This document shows, piece by piece, positions 28,865 to 44,105 of a stretch of 64,000 nucleotides of DNA. This DNA comes from Eledone cirrhosa (lineage: Eukaryota): contig OZ024742.1 of assembly GCA_964016885.1 (NCBI GenBank), positions 8,680,001-8,744,000 of the forward strand. Reading direction: 5' to 3'. The position numbers and the translations under genes are program-made. The notes beneath the pieces are model-generated. The model was not told the origin of the DNA and ran no database searches. It saw only the letters and a program-made list of their open reading frames with translations. Every line of letters starts with the position of its first letter. Position 1 is the stretch's first letter.

Positions 28865-29880
28865 TGATGGCTGCCCCCTCGTTATCGAGTATGGCCATTG
28901 CACGAGAAAAAAAACCATAATAATAACAAAAATAATAATAATGATTTCATTTATTGGCCACAAGGGCCGACATCTCTGGGACTAACAACAATAATAATAA
29001 TGACAAGAACAACAACAATAATAATATACATATTTATATATACACACACACGCATACACATAAACATATCTACACACACACGATAGCAATTAACAGTGCT
29101 GCGATCGAATATGGCTTTTTAGCCCAGCCAATGATCTAAAATGTCTTGCACAGAGTCGGCAACCAAAGCATTCACTGGGAATAGCTGTCTGTGGTTGGAG
29201 TTCGTGTACTCTTGCATGTCGTTTGAGCCCTCCTGCTGATTTACATTCTCTACCACATGTTTGGCAAGCATGATGAGTAGCATCTCCAACAGCAGTCTGG
29301 TAGTCAACCACTGGTCTTACTTTATGACTGCGAAGATGACTTTCGAGTCCAGCTTTGCTTAGGCAGAGTCTCGCACATAGAAGGACCTTCGCCGTCTGGA
29401 AATGCAACAGCAATGTCCTTCCTCACATCCCGCTTTACTTTCTCGTATGCGATTCGAGATGCCTCAAAGGCAACTTTCCCCTCATATACAGTCTTTCTCC
29501 ATTTATTACGATCAGCAGCAACATTTTCCCATGTATCAGCAGAGATGTTAGCGTCTTTCAAAGAGGCTTTCAAGGAATCCTTATACCTCTTCTTTGGTTT
29601 ATGTGGCGGTCGTTTTCCTTTAACCAACTCTCCATAAAAGAGATGTTTTGGTATTCTAGAATCCTTCATCCTGGCAATGTGACCACTCCAACGGAGTCCT
29701 TGCTTAAGTACAAGATCTTCTATACTGTCACACAGAGAGCTTTCCAAAATCTCGACATCACTTATGTGGTCCCTCCAGTGAACGCCATGGATCCGTCTGA
29801 GACACATCTGATGGAAACGCTCCAATTGCTTAAGGTGGTGTCGATATGTGACCCAGATCTCGCAGGCATAAAGAAGAGAA
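28865..29880 (-). mobile_element. RTE-clade LINE 3' fragment with three C2H2 zinc fingers; tail displaced by a microsatellite insertion
   Basis: LLYACEIW..LERFHQMCLRRI..W..LRWSGHIARM..RIPKHLFYGEL..GKR..PKKRYKD..W..A.DR..WR, then CQTCGRECKSAGGLKRHARVH and CRLCARHFRSLAGLKSHIRSQH; tail at 28865-28902. Confidence 0.9.
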
Positions 29881-30276
29881 TACATACATATATATATGTA
29901 TGTATGTTCTTCTGGTTTTATAATTTCACAAATTTTTACCAATAGAGAGAGTCGGTTTCTAACATAGACACAAGACTCTCTCATTGGAATTTACACATCA
30001 ACTAGGTGGATTATGTCTGCATGTCTGCATATGTAGATATGGATGCTATTGTATGTGTGGATGTGTATGTTTTGAGTTGTATATGTTCATGTGTATATGC
30101 TTTGTATCTGTACATGTGTATATATGCAGTTATTAGATGCAATATTTTTGGAATGTTTTACATATTTTTACTGTTCCATTAATGGATTGTACTTGTAATT
30201 TCCTAACTAGTTGTGTTTGTATGTACGTACGTATGTATGTATACATATATATGTATGTATACATATGTATATGTAA

Positions 30277-30614
30277 TAGGGTTTGTCTGAGCATGGCAGG
30301 TCTAAAGAGTCACCTGAGAGTGCACAAGAACAGGGAAGCAGGCACCTGTGGAGCTATAAGTTTCATCAGACGACGACATGTTATCTTTGTGGAAGGGTAT
30401 GCAGGTCGAGTAGTGATCTCACACGACACCTTCGATCACGTGGTACCATGGGCCCAGCACTAGGAGTCAATAATTGTCACAAGTGTAGTGTTTGTACCAG
30501 AGTTTTCAAGTCGTTGGCTGGGTTAAAAAACCACACTCGTTCAGCGCATCGGTAGGGGTCTCCTACATGGATATAAAGTAGTGGCCGTATTCGAAAACGA
30601 GTTGGCAGCCACCA
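30277..30614 (+). mobile_element. 3' end of a second RTE family (zinc fingers plus tail)
   Basis: RVCLSMAGLKSHLRVH, CYLCGRVCRSSSDLTRHLRS, CSVCTRVFKSLAGLKNHTRSAH*; tail tggccgtattcgaaaacgagttggcagccaccatg followed by TATG-rich repeat. Confidence 0.8.
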
Positions 30615-31444
30615 TGTATATATGTATATATGTAGGCATGCACGTATGTATATTTGTTGGCATGTATGTATGTATGTATGCATGTGTGTATGAATGTTTG
30701 TCTTTCTCTCTCTCTATATATATATACGTATGCATGTATGTATGTATATTTTCTCTTCTTTATGGTGGTGTCAGAGATAATTTTGACCGGCCCCATGTTC
30801 TAGGCAACGTTGTAAAGAAAATATTAGTTTTAAATATGAAAGTGTCTTGTTTATTGTCTGTGTGTATGTGTTTGAGTGTATGTGTATATGTTATATGTCT
30901 GTGTATGTGTCACAATCTCTGTCTGTGTATGTGTCACTGTCTCTGTATGTGTATATGTGTGTGATTGTTTGCGTAGTCAGTTGCTCATTAAAACTTTGGA
31001 AGGTCTTGTAAATATTTATGGTCCTAGTTACTGTGATCAGCTGTCGTGTACAAATGGATACTACTACTATGCACACATACACAGCAACACACACTCACAC
31101 ACACATACACACACACACACATACACCCACACACCCACACACACACACACACACACATACACACTCACATACATACTCACACACAGACACACACACGCAT
31201 ACAAACACACATACGCATACACACACACACACACAACCACACACATACCCACACCCCCACTCACACACACCCATACACACACACTCACACACACACACAT
31301 ACACATACACTCACACACCCATACACACATACACACACATACACACACGCACATACACACGCACACACTGACATACACAGAGACACACACACATACACAC
31401 ACATACACACACATACACACACACGCAGACACACAGACAGACAA

Positions 31445-31504
<60 letters not shown>

Positions 31505-31729
31505 GTATACATATATATATGTAAATGAATATATTTATATATATCCGTGCTTATATGTGAGTGTAGTAGATGAAAATGTCTCACTAGACATACACATGCT
31601 TTCCTTCTGCCAAAATATTCCCCCGTTTCCATCCCCTTCCTACTTCCGTCTGTCGTTCTAATTATACTTCAATCTGTTATTTCATCTTGTGATGAAGGAC
31701 TAACGTGTGAAACGTTAATACACTTAGAG

Positions 31730-32922
31730 TATACTAGCATTAAAGCCCGGCGTTGCTCGGGGTCATTAAGTTACCAAAGTTAGGTTGCACCACCCATTTT
31801 ATGGCAGCACTTTTTTGTCTGCCAGGCAATGGGTGAATGAATTGCAGACCTGGAAGCAGGAGCTTCGCCAGCAGTGACAATTGTAGTTTCGCCTATGGAT
31901 ATTATCTCTGTGCAAAAAAGTGTTGAAATTTATTGTTTCAAAGTACTTGCGCAACACGCGCGTAGACGATGCCAACCGAACAACAGAGCTGCGATGGAGT
32001 TGTTCTGCATGGTTGTCTGTGTGTTTTCTAAATTTAAGACAGTAGGGAGGGTTGTGATATGAGGGAGAGTTAGCTGTTGTTTCTAGCAGGTTTAGTGACT
32101 TCATAGAAGATATGTTTTCTAAGTTTAAGACAGTAGGGATGGGGGTGATATGGGGGAGAGTTAGCTGCTGTTTCTAGCAGGTTTAGTAACCTCATAGAGG
32201 ATATGTGTTTTCTAAATTTAAGACAGTAGGGAGTGGTGTGATATGGGGGAGAGTTAGCTGCTGTTTCTAGCAGGTTTAGTGACCTCATAAAAGATATGTT
32301 TTCTAAATTTAAGACAGTAGGGAGGGGTGTGGTATGGGGGAGAGTTAGCTGCTGTTTCTAGCAGGTTTAGTGACCTCATAGAGGATATTATTGTTTATCA
32401 TTATCTATAAAAGGCAGATTGTTGTTGTTGTTGTTGAAGTGAGTGTGTGTTTTATGCGTTTGGAAAAGAGGTTTTAAAAAAGATTTATCGCTTGTTGTTG
32501 AATAAATGTATCTGTTGCTTTTGAATAATTGTCGTTTCGTATGAAATGTAATAATTTGAAGTATAAAAGAGAAAGTAGCAAAATTTGTGGGTTGTAGATA
32601 GAGGTAGGCAGATGATATGAGAGAGTAAAACGGACAGTATCACCATCAAGCTTGGAAAGAGAAAGTAGCAGAAAGTATGAAGTTGTATAGATTTTGAATG
32701 GTAGTGGAAAGAGTTTAGCAGTTTAAATGACAGAGAAAAATCGTAAAATATTGAGTTTTATCTATTTTTTGCGTAATTGTGGGTGAAATTGAAAAAATGA
32801 GATGTGCCAAGACGCAATCGAAACTATTTCGAATACTCAATTGTAAATTTCAATTGAAGAAATTCTATATGGTAGATTTCTATAAGAAAGGAGCATGACC
32901 ACACACTGAGCTTTATAGATTA
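31730..32922 (+). mobile_element. Probable non-autonomous Helitron/Helentron-like element with an internal tandem repeat
   Basis: Starts atactag..cccggcgttgctcggg (subterminal palindrome) and ends near ctttatagat. The right boundary is uncertain. Confidence 0.55.
32022..32387. repeat. Four copies of a ~91-bp tandem repeat
   Basis: Units start at 32022, 32113, 32206 and 32297. Confidence 0.93.
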
Positions 32923-33285
32923 TGATTACAGTATCAATCCTTAAATCAATATATATTAACATTTTACTTCCGGTAAGAGAGTTGTGTGTGTTAATGAGCA
33001 GTAATTTACAGAGAAATGTTTTACCGGATAAAGGGGGTAACTCTAAAAAGTTAGATAACTAGGAGATTAATATTAGCTGACCCAAACTATGAAAGTTTAA
33101 GCTGGCCATGTTTTGGCAAGGTAACTAGAAGCACGAGGATAGCAATTAAACACTCCAAGTGGCCCTTTACGGATCGCTTGCAAGTGGAAGGGTTTTTGTG
33201 GATAAACGACATTTCGTTGGTGTATAATTTGCAGAATTAGGATCCGTCTATATTGGGTCTAGATAATATGTGTATGGAAACAAAA

Positions 33286-33398
<113 letters not shown>

Positions 33399-33400
33399 CG

Positions 33401-33446
<46 letters not shown>

Positions 33447-33577
33447 CACACGCACACACACACATACACACACACACACACACACATATACATATGTATA
33501 TATATATATATGTATGTGTATGTGATGTGAAACAAGAACAATCCAAACAAGACGGTGATTTTATGTGCTTTTGTGTA

Positions 33578-33646
<69 letters not shown>

Positions 33647-33814
33647 GCAACATATATCTATAAAGTAGAAAGTTATTTACTAAATATTTCAGATATATTG
33701 TTTTCATTTTCTTTAATATCTTATCTTTTACTATTTTGCTTCTTTGATACGTTCTTTTAAAATACTATTTATCTCCGTCTCAGATTATTTCACTGTAGAC
33801 ACATATACACACCC

Positions 33815-33892
<78 letters not shown>

Positions 33893-34265
33893 ATGTGTGT
33901 GTGTATGTATATATGTGTGTGTGTGTGTGCGTATATATATATGGGTGTGTTCGCGTGTCTATGTGTGTGTGTGCGTGTGTGTTTCTGTGTTTGTCTGTGT
34001 GTGTGTGTCTGTGTGGGTGTATGCTTGTCGGTAACTGTTGATGAGAAAAAGAATTAAGCTGAAAAAATGTATGCCTGGACAACAACAACAACAATAACGA
34101 CAAGAGCAACACACATAAGCAAACATAAATATCAAAAGGAGAGTGGATAACAACAACAACATCAACAACAACAGCAACAACAGTTCCAAGAATGATGAAC
34201 ATAACATTAATAAAAAGTAAGTACCATCTTTGTGTCTTGTCTCTAGCAATTAGATTGTCTATCTT

Positions 34266-37262
34266 GAACAATAACAACAATAACAACAATGACAACAATA
34301 ACAACAATGACAAAAATGACAACAGTAAGAACAATAACAACAATGACAACAATGACAACAATAACAACAATAACAACAATGACAGCAATAACAACTGTAA
34401 GAACAATAACAACAATGACAACAATGACAACAGTAAGAACAATAAAAACAATAACAACAATGACAACAATAACAACAATAACAACAATGACAACAATAAC
34501 AACAGTAAGAACAATAACAACACTAACAACAATAACAACAATAACAACAGTAAGAACAATAACAACAATAACAACAATGACAGCAATAACAACTGTAAGA
34601 ACAATAACAACAATGACAACAATGACAACAGTAAGAACAATAAAAACAATAACAACAATGACAACAATAACAACAATAACAACAATGACAACAATAACAA
34701 CAGTAAGAACAATAACAACAATAACAACAATGACAGCAATAACAACTGTAAGAACAATAACAACAATGACAACAATGACAACAGTAAGAACAATAAAAAA
34801 CAATAACAACAGTAAGAACAATAACAACAATAACAACAGTGACAAAAATGACAACAATGACAACAATGACAACAATAACAACTGTAAGAACAATAACAAC
34901 AATGACAACAATGACAACAGTAAGAACAATAAAAACAATAACAACAGTAAGAACAATAACAACAATAACAACAATGACAACAATGACAACAATAACAACA
35001 ATAACAACAGTAAGAACAATAACAACAATAACAACAGTAAGAACAATAACAACAATAACAACAATAACAACATTAAGAACAATGACAACAATAACAACAA
35101 TAACAACAATGACAACAATAACAACAATGACAACAATAACAACAATAACAACAATGACAGCAATAACAACTGTAAGAACAATAACAACAATAACAACAGT
35201 AAGAACAATAACAACAATGACAACAATAACAACAATAACAACAATAACAACAGTAAGAACAATAACAACAATAACAACAATAACAACAATAACAACAGTA
35301 AGAACAATAACAACAATGACAACAGTAAGAACAATGACAACACTAACAACAATAACAACAATAACAACAGTAAGAACAATAACAACAATGACAACAATAA
35401 CAACAATAACAACAATAACAACAGTAAGAACAATAACAACAATAACAACAATAACAACAATAACAACAGTAAGAACAATAACAACAATGACAACAGTAAG
35501 AACAATGACAACACTAACAACAATAACAACAATAACAACAGTAAGAACAATAACAACACTAACAACAATAACAACAATGACAACAGTAAGAACAATAACA
35601 ACAATGACAACAGTAAGAACAATGACAACACTAACAACAATAACAACAATGACAACAGTAAGAACAATAACAACACTAACAACAATAACAACAATAACAA
35701 CAGTAAGAACAATAACAACAATGACAACAATAACAACAATAACAACAATAACAACAGTAAGAACAATAACAACAATAACAACAATAACAACAATAACAAC
35801 AGTAAGAACAATAACAACAATGACAACAGTAAGAACAATGACAACACTAACAACAATAACAACAATAACAACAGTAAGAACAATAACAACAATGACAACA
35901 GTAAGAACAATAACAACAATGACAACAGTAAGAACAATGACAACACTAACAACAATAACAACAATGACAACAGTAAGAACAATAACAACACTAACAACAA
36001 TAACAACAATAACAACAGTAAGAACAATAACAACAATGACAACAGTAAGAACAATGACAACACTAACAACAATAACAACAATAACAACAGTAAGAACAAT
36101 AACAACAATAACAACAATAACAACATTAAGAACAATAACAACACTAACAACAATAACAACAATAACAACAGTAAGAACAATAACAACAATAACAACAATA
36201 ACAACATTAAGAACAATAACAACACTAACAACAATAACAACAATAACAACAGTAAGAACAATAACAACAATGACAACAGTAAGAACAATGACAACACTAA
36301 CAACAATAACAACAATAACAACAGTAAGAACAATAACAACACTAACAACAATAACAACAATAACAACAGTAAGAACAATAACAACAATGACAACAGTAAG
36401 AACAATGACAACACTAACAACAATAACAACAATAACAACAGTAAGAACAATAACAACACTAACAACAATAACAACAATGACAACAGTAAGAACAATAACA
36501 ACAATGACAACAGTAAGAACAATGACAACACTAACAACAATAACAACAATGACAACAATGACAACAATAACAACAATGACAACACTAACAACAATAACAA
36601 CAATGACAACAGTAAGAACAATAACAACAATAACAACAATAACAACAATAACAACAGTAAGAACAATAACAACAATGACAACAGTAAGAACAATGACAAC
36701 ACTAACAACAATAACAACAATGACAACAGTAAGAACAATGACAACACTAACAACAATAACAACAATGACAACAGTAAGAACAATGACAACACTAACAACA
36801 ATAACAACAATGACAACAGTAAGAACAATAACAACACTAACAACAATAACAACAATGACAACAGTAAGAACAATAACAACAATAACAACAATAACAACAA
36901 TAACAACATTAAGAACAATAACAACAATAACAACAATAACAACAGTAAGAACAATAACAACAATAACAAAAATGACAACAGTAAGAACAATAACAACAAT
37001 AACAACAATAACAACAATAACAACAATAACAACAGTAAGAACAATAACAACAACAATAACAACAATAATAACAACAACAACAATGACAACAATAACAACA
37101 ACAAGAACAATGGCAATAATAACAACAACAACAACAATGACAACAATAACAACAGCAACAACAATGACAACAATAACAACAACAACAACAACAATAACAA
37201 AAATAATAACAATAAGAACAACAACAACAAAAGTAACAACAGTAACAACAATAACAATAACA
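34266..37262. repeat. 9-bp-unit array (aacaacaat with gac/aag/agt/act variants)
   Basis: Directly visible; it produces the spurious 800-1000 aa ORFs. Confidence 0.96.
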
Positions 37263-37337
37263 AGTTTATCCCAGGTTCAAACGGGGGTAACCACAGTAAG
37301 TAAAGTACTCAATACAAAGCAGAGTATAAATATTTAA

Positions 37338-37432
37338 TATAGAAAGACTTCTACAGGACTAGAAATGTTTCATTCCGGAGAAATCTTCAGAAATCATACA
37401 GGAAGTTCTAGCCCCGTAGAAACCTTTCTATA
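37338..37432 (-). ncRNA. Hairpin enclosing a hammerhead-like core, probably defective
   Basis: Minus strand: CTGAAGA tttc tccg gaat GAAAC inside a ~25-bp imperfect stem. No proximal stem I is visible. Confidence 0.4.
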
Positions 37433-37433
37433 T

Positions 37434-37534
<101 letters not shown>

Positions 37535-38449
37535 ATATATATATATATATATATAATGGAAACATTTGAACAGGGACAAAACAGAGAGGCAGTACAATAA
37601 ATGTTTATTAATTTCACGCTCAGGAGAGTGGGGGGTAGGTGGGGGACGACGTTTCGGGCATAAGCCCTTCCTCAGGTGAGAAGTGTGTGGGAACAGAGTT
37701 CAAAAGGTGTGTAGGGGAGTGGTGGAGAGACATATAGCGAAAGGAAACGGTGCGAATGAAAAAAACAAATAAAGATAAAAAATAAAAATAAAGCATGATC
37801 AAAATACAAGGAATAAAGGTAAAAACACAGGCGATCGTGAACAAAAAATCATAGAAATACAATGTAAGAACACAGGCAAAGAATCTTATACGGAAATATA
37901 TATATATAAACATACCCACATAAACCAATATATGTATGTATATATTAAGAACAACTGTAAAAGCTAGAGACACAATAACATTGGCAACAACATCTGCAAG
38001 ATGAAAGATAAAGTAATAATGTTATTCACAACAATAACACCAACAGAACAACAACAATAACAACAACAATAACAACAACAACAGCAACAGCAATAACAGC
38101 AACATGAAAATAAAGCAGTAATAATGTTCACATTATCAACAACATCAAGAACTATAACAAGAGTAATAGTAGACAAAACCGCTAATGTTATCAAGGATTG
38201 CTACAACAACAATAACAACAAGATCAACAACAACATCAACAACAACGATAACAAGACAACAACCTCAACAACAACAACAACGACCACAAAGACAACAACA
38301 ACAAGGAACACAACAACAACGAACACAAAAACAACAACGACCACGAAGACAACAACAATAAAAGCTGTAAACAAGTGAGAATAAAAAACAACACAAACAA
38401 AAATAGCAACATCACAAACAACAAGATTATGTGGAGTTAATTAAGAGTC

Positions 38450-38672
38450 TGTTTCGAGGCCAGTGGATCATCAAACCGGTGCTTATCCTGGTTTCCTTAG
38501 CGTGAAGAGACTGAAAGTATAAAACACCTTTCCTGGACAGGACGCCACTCAATCGCAGGGTAAACCCCTCAGCTATATCTAGTACTCACTTTCAGCTGAG
38601 GATACTGGAGCGACTTGAAATGAAGTGTTTTGATCAAGAACATAACACAATCCAGGAATCGAAACTACGAAT
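38450..38672 (-). mobile_element. Diverged tRNA-derived SINE (second family)
   Basis: Minus-strand B-box-like gtttcgattcc, then ttcttgatcaaaacactt and cctgcgattgagtggcgtcctgtccagg, which are SINE central-domain-like motifs. Confidence 0.55.
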
Positions 38673-38867
38673 TGATTAACTAAAAGTCTAATTGTGTATT
38701 TAACCAGTTCTAGGTTTATCACGAAGTCATCGACTTGATTCATGATCCGTTAGGGAGTTAACACTGTCAGGAAATGTATGAACACCTCGTATCCCCCACC
38801 CCATTGCTACAATCAATAATACGAAGATACATTTTACGTTCGTAAGAAATCAACATTACAGTATTTA

Positions 38868-38937
<70 letters not shown>

Positions 38938-39195
38938 TATATATATTTATTTATTTATTCATTTAATTCAATAGAAGTTTTCTATCATTATTTCTTGTAT
39001 ACCATTTCCATTAAGTGCTTGTATATATTAAATTCAACAACAAAGTAGTATATATAAGTGCGTGTATACGTGGTTATATAGAGAGTTAAATAGATTGGTA
39101 GCCGTATATATATATATAGATATAGATATATACATACAAATACTTGTTTGCATATACACACACATATACATACATTCATTCATACACACACACAT

Positions 39196-39227
<32 letters not shown>

Positions 39228-40045
39228 GTTATATACACTACATATATAATGGCTCTACTCTGTGGTGGCCAACACTTACATCTAATGGATGTAAACTACT
39301 TTGCACAAAATACCTAAAACTGAAATCCTCTTAACCCTCAACTCCCCAACTCCTCAACCCCCCAAATAATATGATGTCTCTCCCATTCCCTCTCCAGGAC
39401 ACATAACCTATAACCCCATCAACACCAACACTAAACTTACCACTTCCAACAATTTACAATACAGCCACCTCCATCGACAAACACCATTAATATACACCAC
39501 CTTCACTAATGACATTCGAGGAGTTAGAAATGTCAAAGACCAACTTAAACCTCAAATTCTCTACGATACGTCAAATGACTTCAGGAGATTTACTGTAAAC
39601 AAGCAACCGTTCTCTCATATGACAGACGACATAACATAACAATTTACTGCTTAAGATCAGACCTACTATTTAATATATAAATACAAAAATCTTGGGAAAA
39701 TAAATGACCACCACTTTCTATATAATTCTTCTAAATTTTACATTTCTACTAGAAGCTTTGGGGTGGTCACTTGAGATGCAACACACAACAAAAAACAACA
39801 ACCAACCTCTATTAAAATCCCATCCCACTATCTGAAAAACTGGAAGGAAACCTTAGAAATATAATTGTAGAAAGCCGTGAAATGACGAATTATTAACGAC
39901 TAGAATATCTTCAATGGTAGATCTGCCTGAAGGTCAGGGTTAAATCAAAGATACGCACATATCAAAAATAAAAAAAAGCAATGTCTGTGAAATTGTGGTT
40001 TGCTGTCAGGAAAACCATCATCATCATTGTAACCACAGTCAAATA

Positions 40046-40550
40046 TTCCTGACAAAGTCTCTCCACAATTCACAATTTTCCATCACTCCTGGCAACTGCT
40101 CCTTACTGGGGTTTGTATCGTCTGAGAGTTGATGAATGAAGGTAGGAACAGGTTTTCCTCTACCGCTGGTTCTCACAATAGTAGCTTGTGTATAACTTCC
40201 TGCTTATTTCTCAAGCATTGTCATGCAACACGTAACCGTCTTTCAGCAATTGTATTTCGATTAATCTATCTATCTATCTATATTTATTTATATATGTATA
40301 TATATTTATCATTATCATCATTGCAACAACAATCATTCATTCCTGACAAAGTCTCTCCACAATTCACAATTTTCCATCACTCCTGGCAACTGCTCCTTAC
40401 TGAGGTTTGTATTATCTGAGAGTTGATTGATGAAGGTTCAAGCAAGTCTTCCTCTATTGTGTCTCCCGTGAGTTGGTTCCCACAATAATTTCTCATGTAT
40501 AACTTCCTGCTTATTTCACCAGCAATGTCCTATAAATCATAACCGTCTTT
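40046..40550. repeat. ~200-bp diverged direct duplication
   Basis: ttcctgacaaagtctctccacaattcac... at 40046 and 40340. Confidence 0.85.
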
Positions 40551-41558
40551 GATGAAAGGTAGCTGTTATCTTGGGAAAGTTTCCATATAAACGTTCATTA
40601 GTAATACGGTGACGTTATATACTTAAAATAGACGGCCATATCGAATACCAGGCGACATTTTATATCACGTGAGACCATGAATTTGCATATGAGATATTTC
40701 TTTTCAAGGTGCAAACCTAGGCATGGTGTTTATTAGAATAGACCTGTCACATAGTACATTCAATTTTCCTCCCTCCATGCCACTGTTGTTGTCAAAGGGA
40801 AACATATAAACGGATATAAGTTGACACCAGTGACACCAGAGGTGAACTGAGAACAAAAACTGCACGTTTGACACAAAATTCATGAACTCGTAACTCCGAT
40901 TGAAGTCGTAGGGTGAACATAGTGAGAGACATCGTGGATATTTAAACCTGGTGGAGCTCATCCCCTTCCCAGGTGTGAAAACACTTCATTTTATCTAAAA
41001 AAAGGAAAGAAGGAAAGATGATAGAAGAAGTGTTAAAGAGATACAGAGGAAAACATAGACCTCAGAGTCAAGCTGGAATAGCATTATTACTTGTTCAATT
41101 AACTTTGAAAAGGTGGATGACGCACTTGACATCGGATTTGAACTCAATACACAGAGAACCAGAACGATTACCGTAAATAACGCTCTCCGTTGTTCTCACA
41201 AATCTGCCAACTCACCTCTTTTCATGTGTAATGTAGCGTAGGAGTAGAGATAGGTACGTTGACTGAGTCAGACTGTTAGAACTATTTTCAATTAAGTTGA
41301 AAATGTGCCTAGGTCACGCAATCATATTTCCTAAGCAGGTGCTGTGTGTCTACGTCAGAAATATGTATCAAGGCCGGCGTAGAATCTAACAGAGTTCTTC
41401 CCGAATAACTTAATTTCCTGGTACCACTAAACCTAAACAATCACAAGCACACCTAATCGTACGCACCAATACATACATATTTAAACACATACTTACATAC
41501 ATGTAAATACATACTTACATACATGTAAATACATACTTACATAAATACATACATAAAT

Positions 41559-41639
<81 letters not shown>

Positions 41640-41864
41640 CACATACTTAAACATAAACACACATTATACATATTTATATATATATATATATACATATATG
41701 TGTGTGCGTGTGTTTGCGTGTGCGTGTGTAAATGTGATAGTATATGCTAATATTTTTTCTTGATAGCACATACATATGTCAGTGCATATGTATATATATA
41801 TATATATACATATATGTTTATACATATACATATCACAGACGCACACAGTGAAACACCCCCCCCC

Positions 41865-41921
<57 letters not shown>

Positions 41922-42309
41922 ATCTTTATATGAATATACGTATGTAAACGCTGATACACAGACACACCTAGAAACAGCTACTCACATATCTACCCACACA
42001 AAAAGCAGAATGTATTCAAACCACGTTTGGATGAGATAGATTAGAAACTAACTGCCATATTCTCAGACATAGATACAGTAGCCAATACTCAATTACATCT
42101 AACTTTAATTCTTCTTTCTTTACCACATGATGCTTCCTTCTACTTAATACTTTCTAAGGGGTCGGCGGGGGTTTGCACCAAGAAAATTATCTAATAAATC
42201 ACTTTCAACTTCAGACAATCTGCTCTCCATTCATTTAATGCACTCACCACCAGCATAACTACTATAATTATTACAGCGTATATCACCCTCGCGTAGAAAG
42301 CCATTTTTA

Positions 42310-42379
<70 letters not shown>

Positions 42380-42424
42380 CGCGTGTGTGTGTGTGGTCTA
42401 TATATATATATGTAAATATATGTT

Positions 42425-42483
<59 letters not shown>

Positions 42484-43252
42484 CACAATTATCAAAGTTA
42501 TGTTCAAATCATTTTATTGCTGACAATCGTTTCTTCCAAACTTTCGTTTGGTATCATCGGAGCATTATCAATGTTTGTACATATAATTAACCTTCTATTC
42601 AACTGAACAATCATATAGATACATATATATTGATGTTGTGAACAACAGTTTCGTATTTACAGGGTGGAATGGATGGGACATATATTATACGAGAATTGTA
42701 CAATAATTCAAATTAAAATTAAAAGCACAGATTGGAATACATGCAACAGGTAATACAAGGGAATGGTCTAGTAATTAAAGAGGCATTGAGGAAGAATGAG
42801 GACACTAGCAGTACATATGCAAGCGTGTAGAGAGTGCACGTGCGTTAGTCATATATGAAGGAAACAAGCAAATGTATTAGGCATAAATAAATACTGTATG
42901 GAAAAGGTATCACATAAAATAACACAGGTATACAAGCATATTAAGCAAAGATGTTAGTGTTTTAAAGTTATGGTGGATGTAATGTGATAATTGTTTCTGT
43001 AGAGTTCAAATGTGTATATGTTGAGTGTATCAAAGTTATTGTTATCTTTTCTATTACATATGTTAAATTATATTTTAGTTAATGTTTATATTGAATGTTT
43101 TTAGTTAGTCCACAGCAATGGATTGGAAATTGGTCTTATTGTCTTCTTATCCCTGGATTAGAGTTGTTCTACAGCGAGTTTTTCTAACAGTTTAATTTCA
43201 GGAAATACATAACTATAAATATTAACCTTCTATTCAACTGAACAATCATATA

Positions 43253-43440
43253 GATTGGCAGTATCGGTAGAGGGTTTGACGCCATGCTTTCCAGCATAGT
43301 TACGTCCCTTTACGATCTGAGTTCAAATCCCGCCGAGGTTGACTTTGCCTTTCATCCTTACGGGGTCGATAAAATAAAGTACCAGTAATGCACTGGGTAA
43401 TTGCTGGCCTTGTGCCTAAAGTAGAAACAATTATTATTAT
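43253..43440 (+). mobile_element. tRNA-derived SINE (main family)
   Basis: A-box tggcagtatcgg, B-box gagttcaaatcc, body ctttcatccttacggggtcgataaaataaagtaccag, (TTA)n tail. Confidence 0.85.
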
Positions 43441-43927
43441 TATATATATATATATTTTGTTTCTGTAGTGTTCAAATGTGTATGTGTTGAGAGTATCAAG
43501 GTTATTGTTATTTTATCGATAAAATAAAGTACCAGTAATGTACTGAGTATTTGCTGGCCTTGTGCCAAATGTATAAACAATTATATATACAATACATACA
43601 TACATATATATATTTATATATATATGTATGTATGTATATACATTTGAAGAATCAATCGATCAAACAAAGCCGAATATAATCTAGAAAATATTTCATCGCT
43701 CTTTATATTCCGTGTCCAATACTCGCCATAGATGTCCTCTCACTCATCGTTCATAATATGTTTCCTTTTTCAATGGATATTTTACTCGAAATATAAGAAT
43801 ATTATTAAATATTTCCGAAAAAACATTCTGATTTCTATATTTCTATTTTCTTACCTTGTTCTTTTACTGACATTGTTATCCTGATGTATATACATTTCGA
43901 TTTGCATTACTCAATCTAGTAGTCTCG

Positions 43928-43968
<41 letters not shown>

Positions 43969-43996
43969 TTATCTATCAATCAATCAATCAATCAAT

Positions 43997-44057
<61 letters not shown>

Positions 44058-44058
44058 T

Positions 44059-44100
<42 letters not shown>

Positions 44101-44105
<5 letters not shown>

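Noticed and set aside
34243-37337. ORFs of 832-1006 aa (poly-L, poly-N, poly-T)
   Set aside because: They are translations of a 9-bp repeat, open in several frames on both strands, with no unique domain.
43253-43335. tRNA gene
   Set aside because: A and B boxes are present but there is no cloverleaf. It continues into a SINE body and has many diverged copies.
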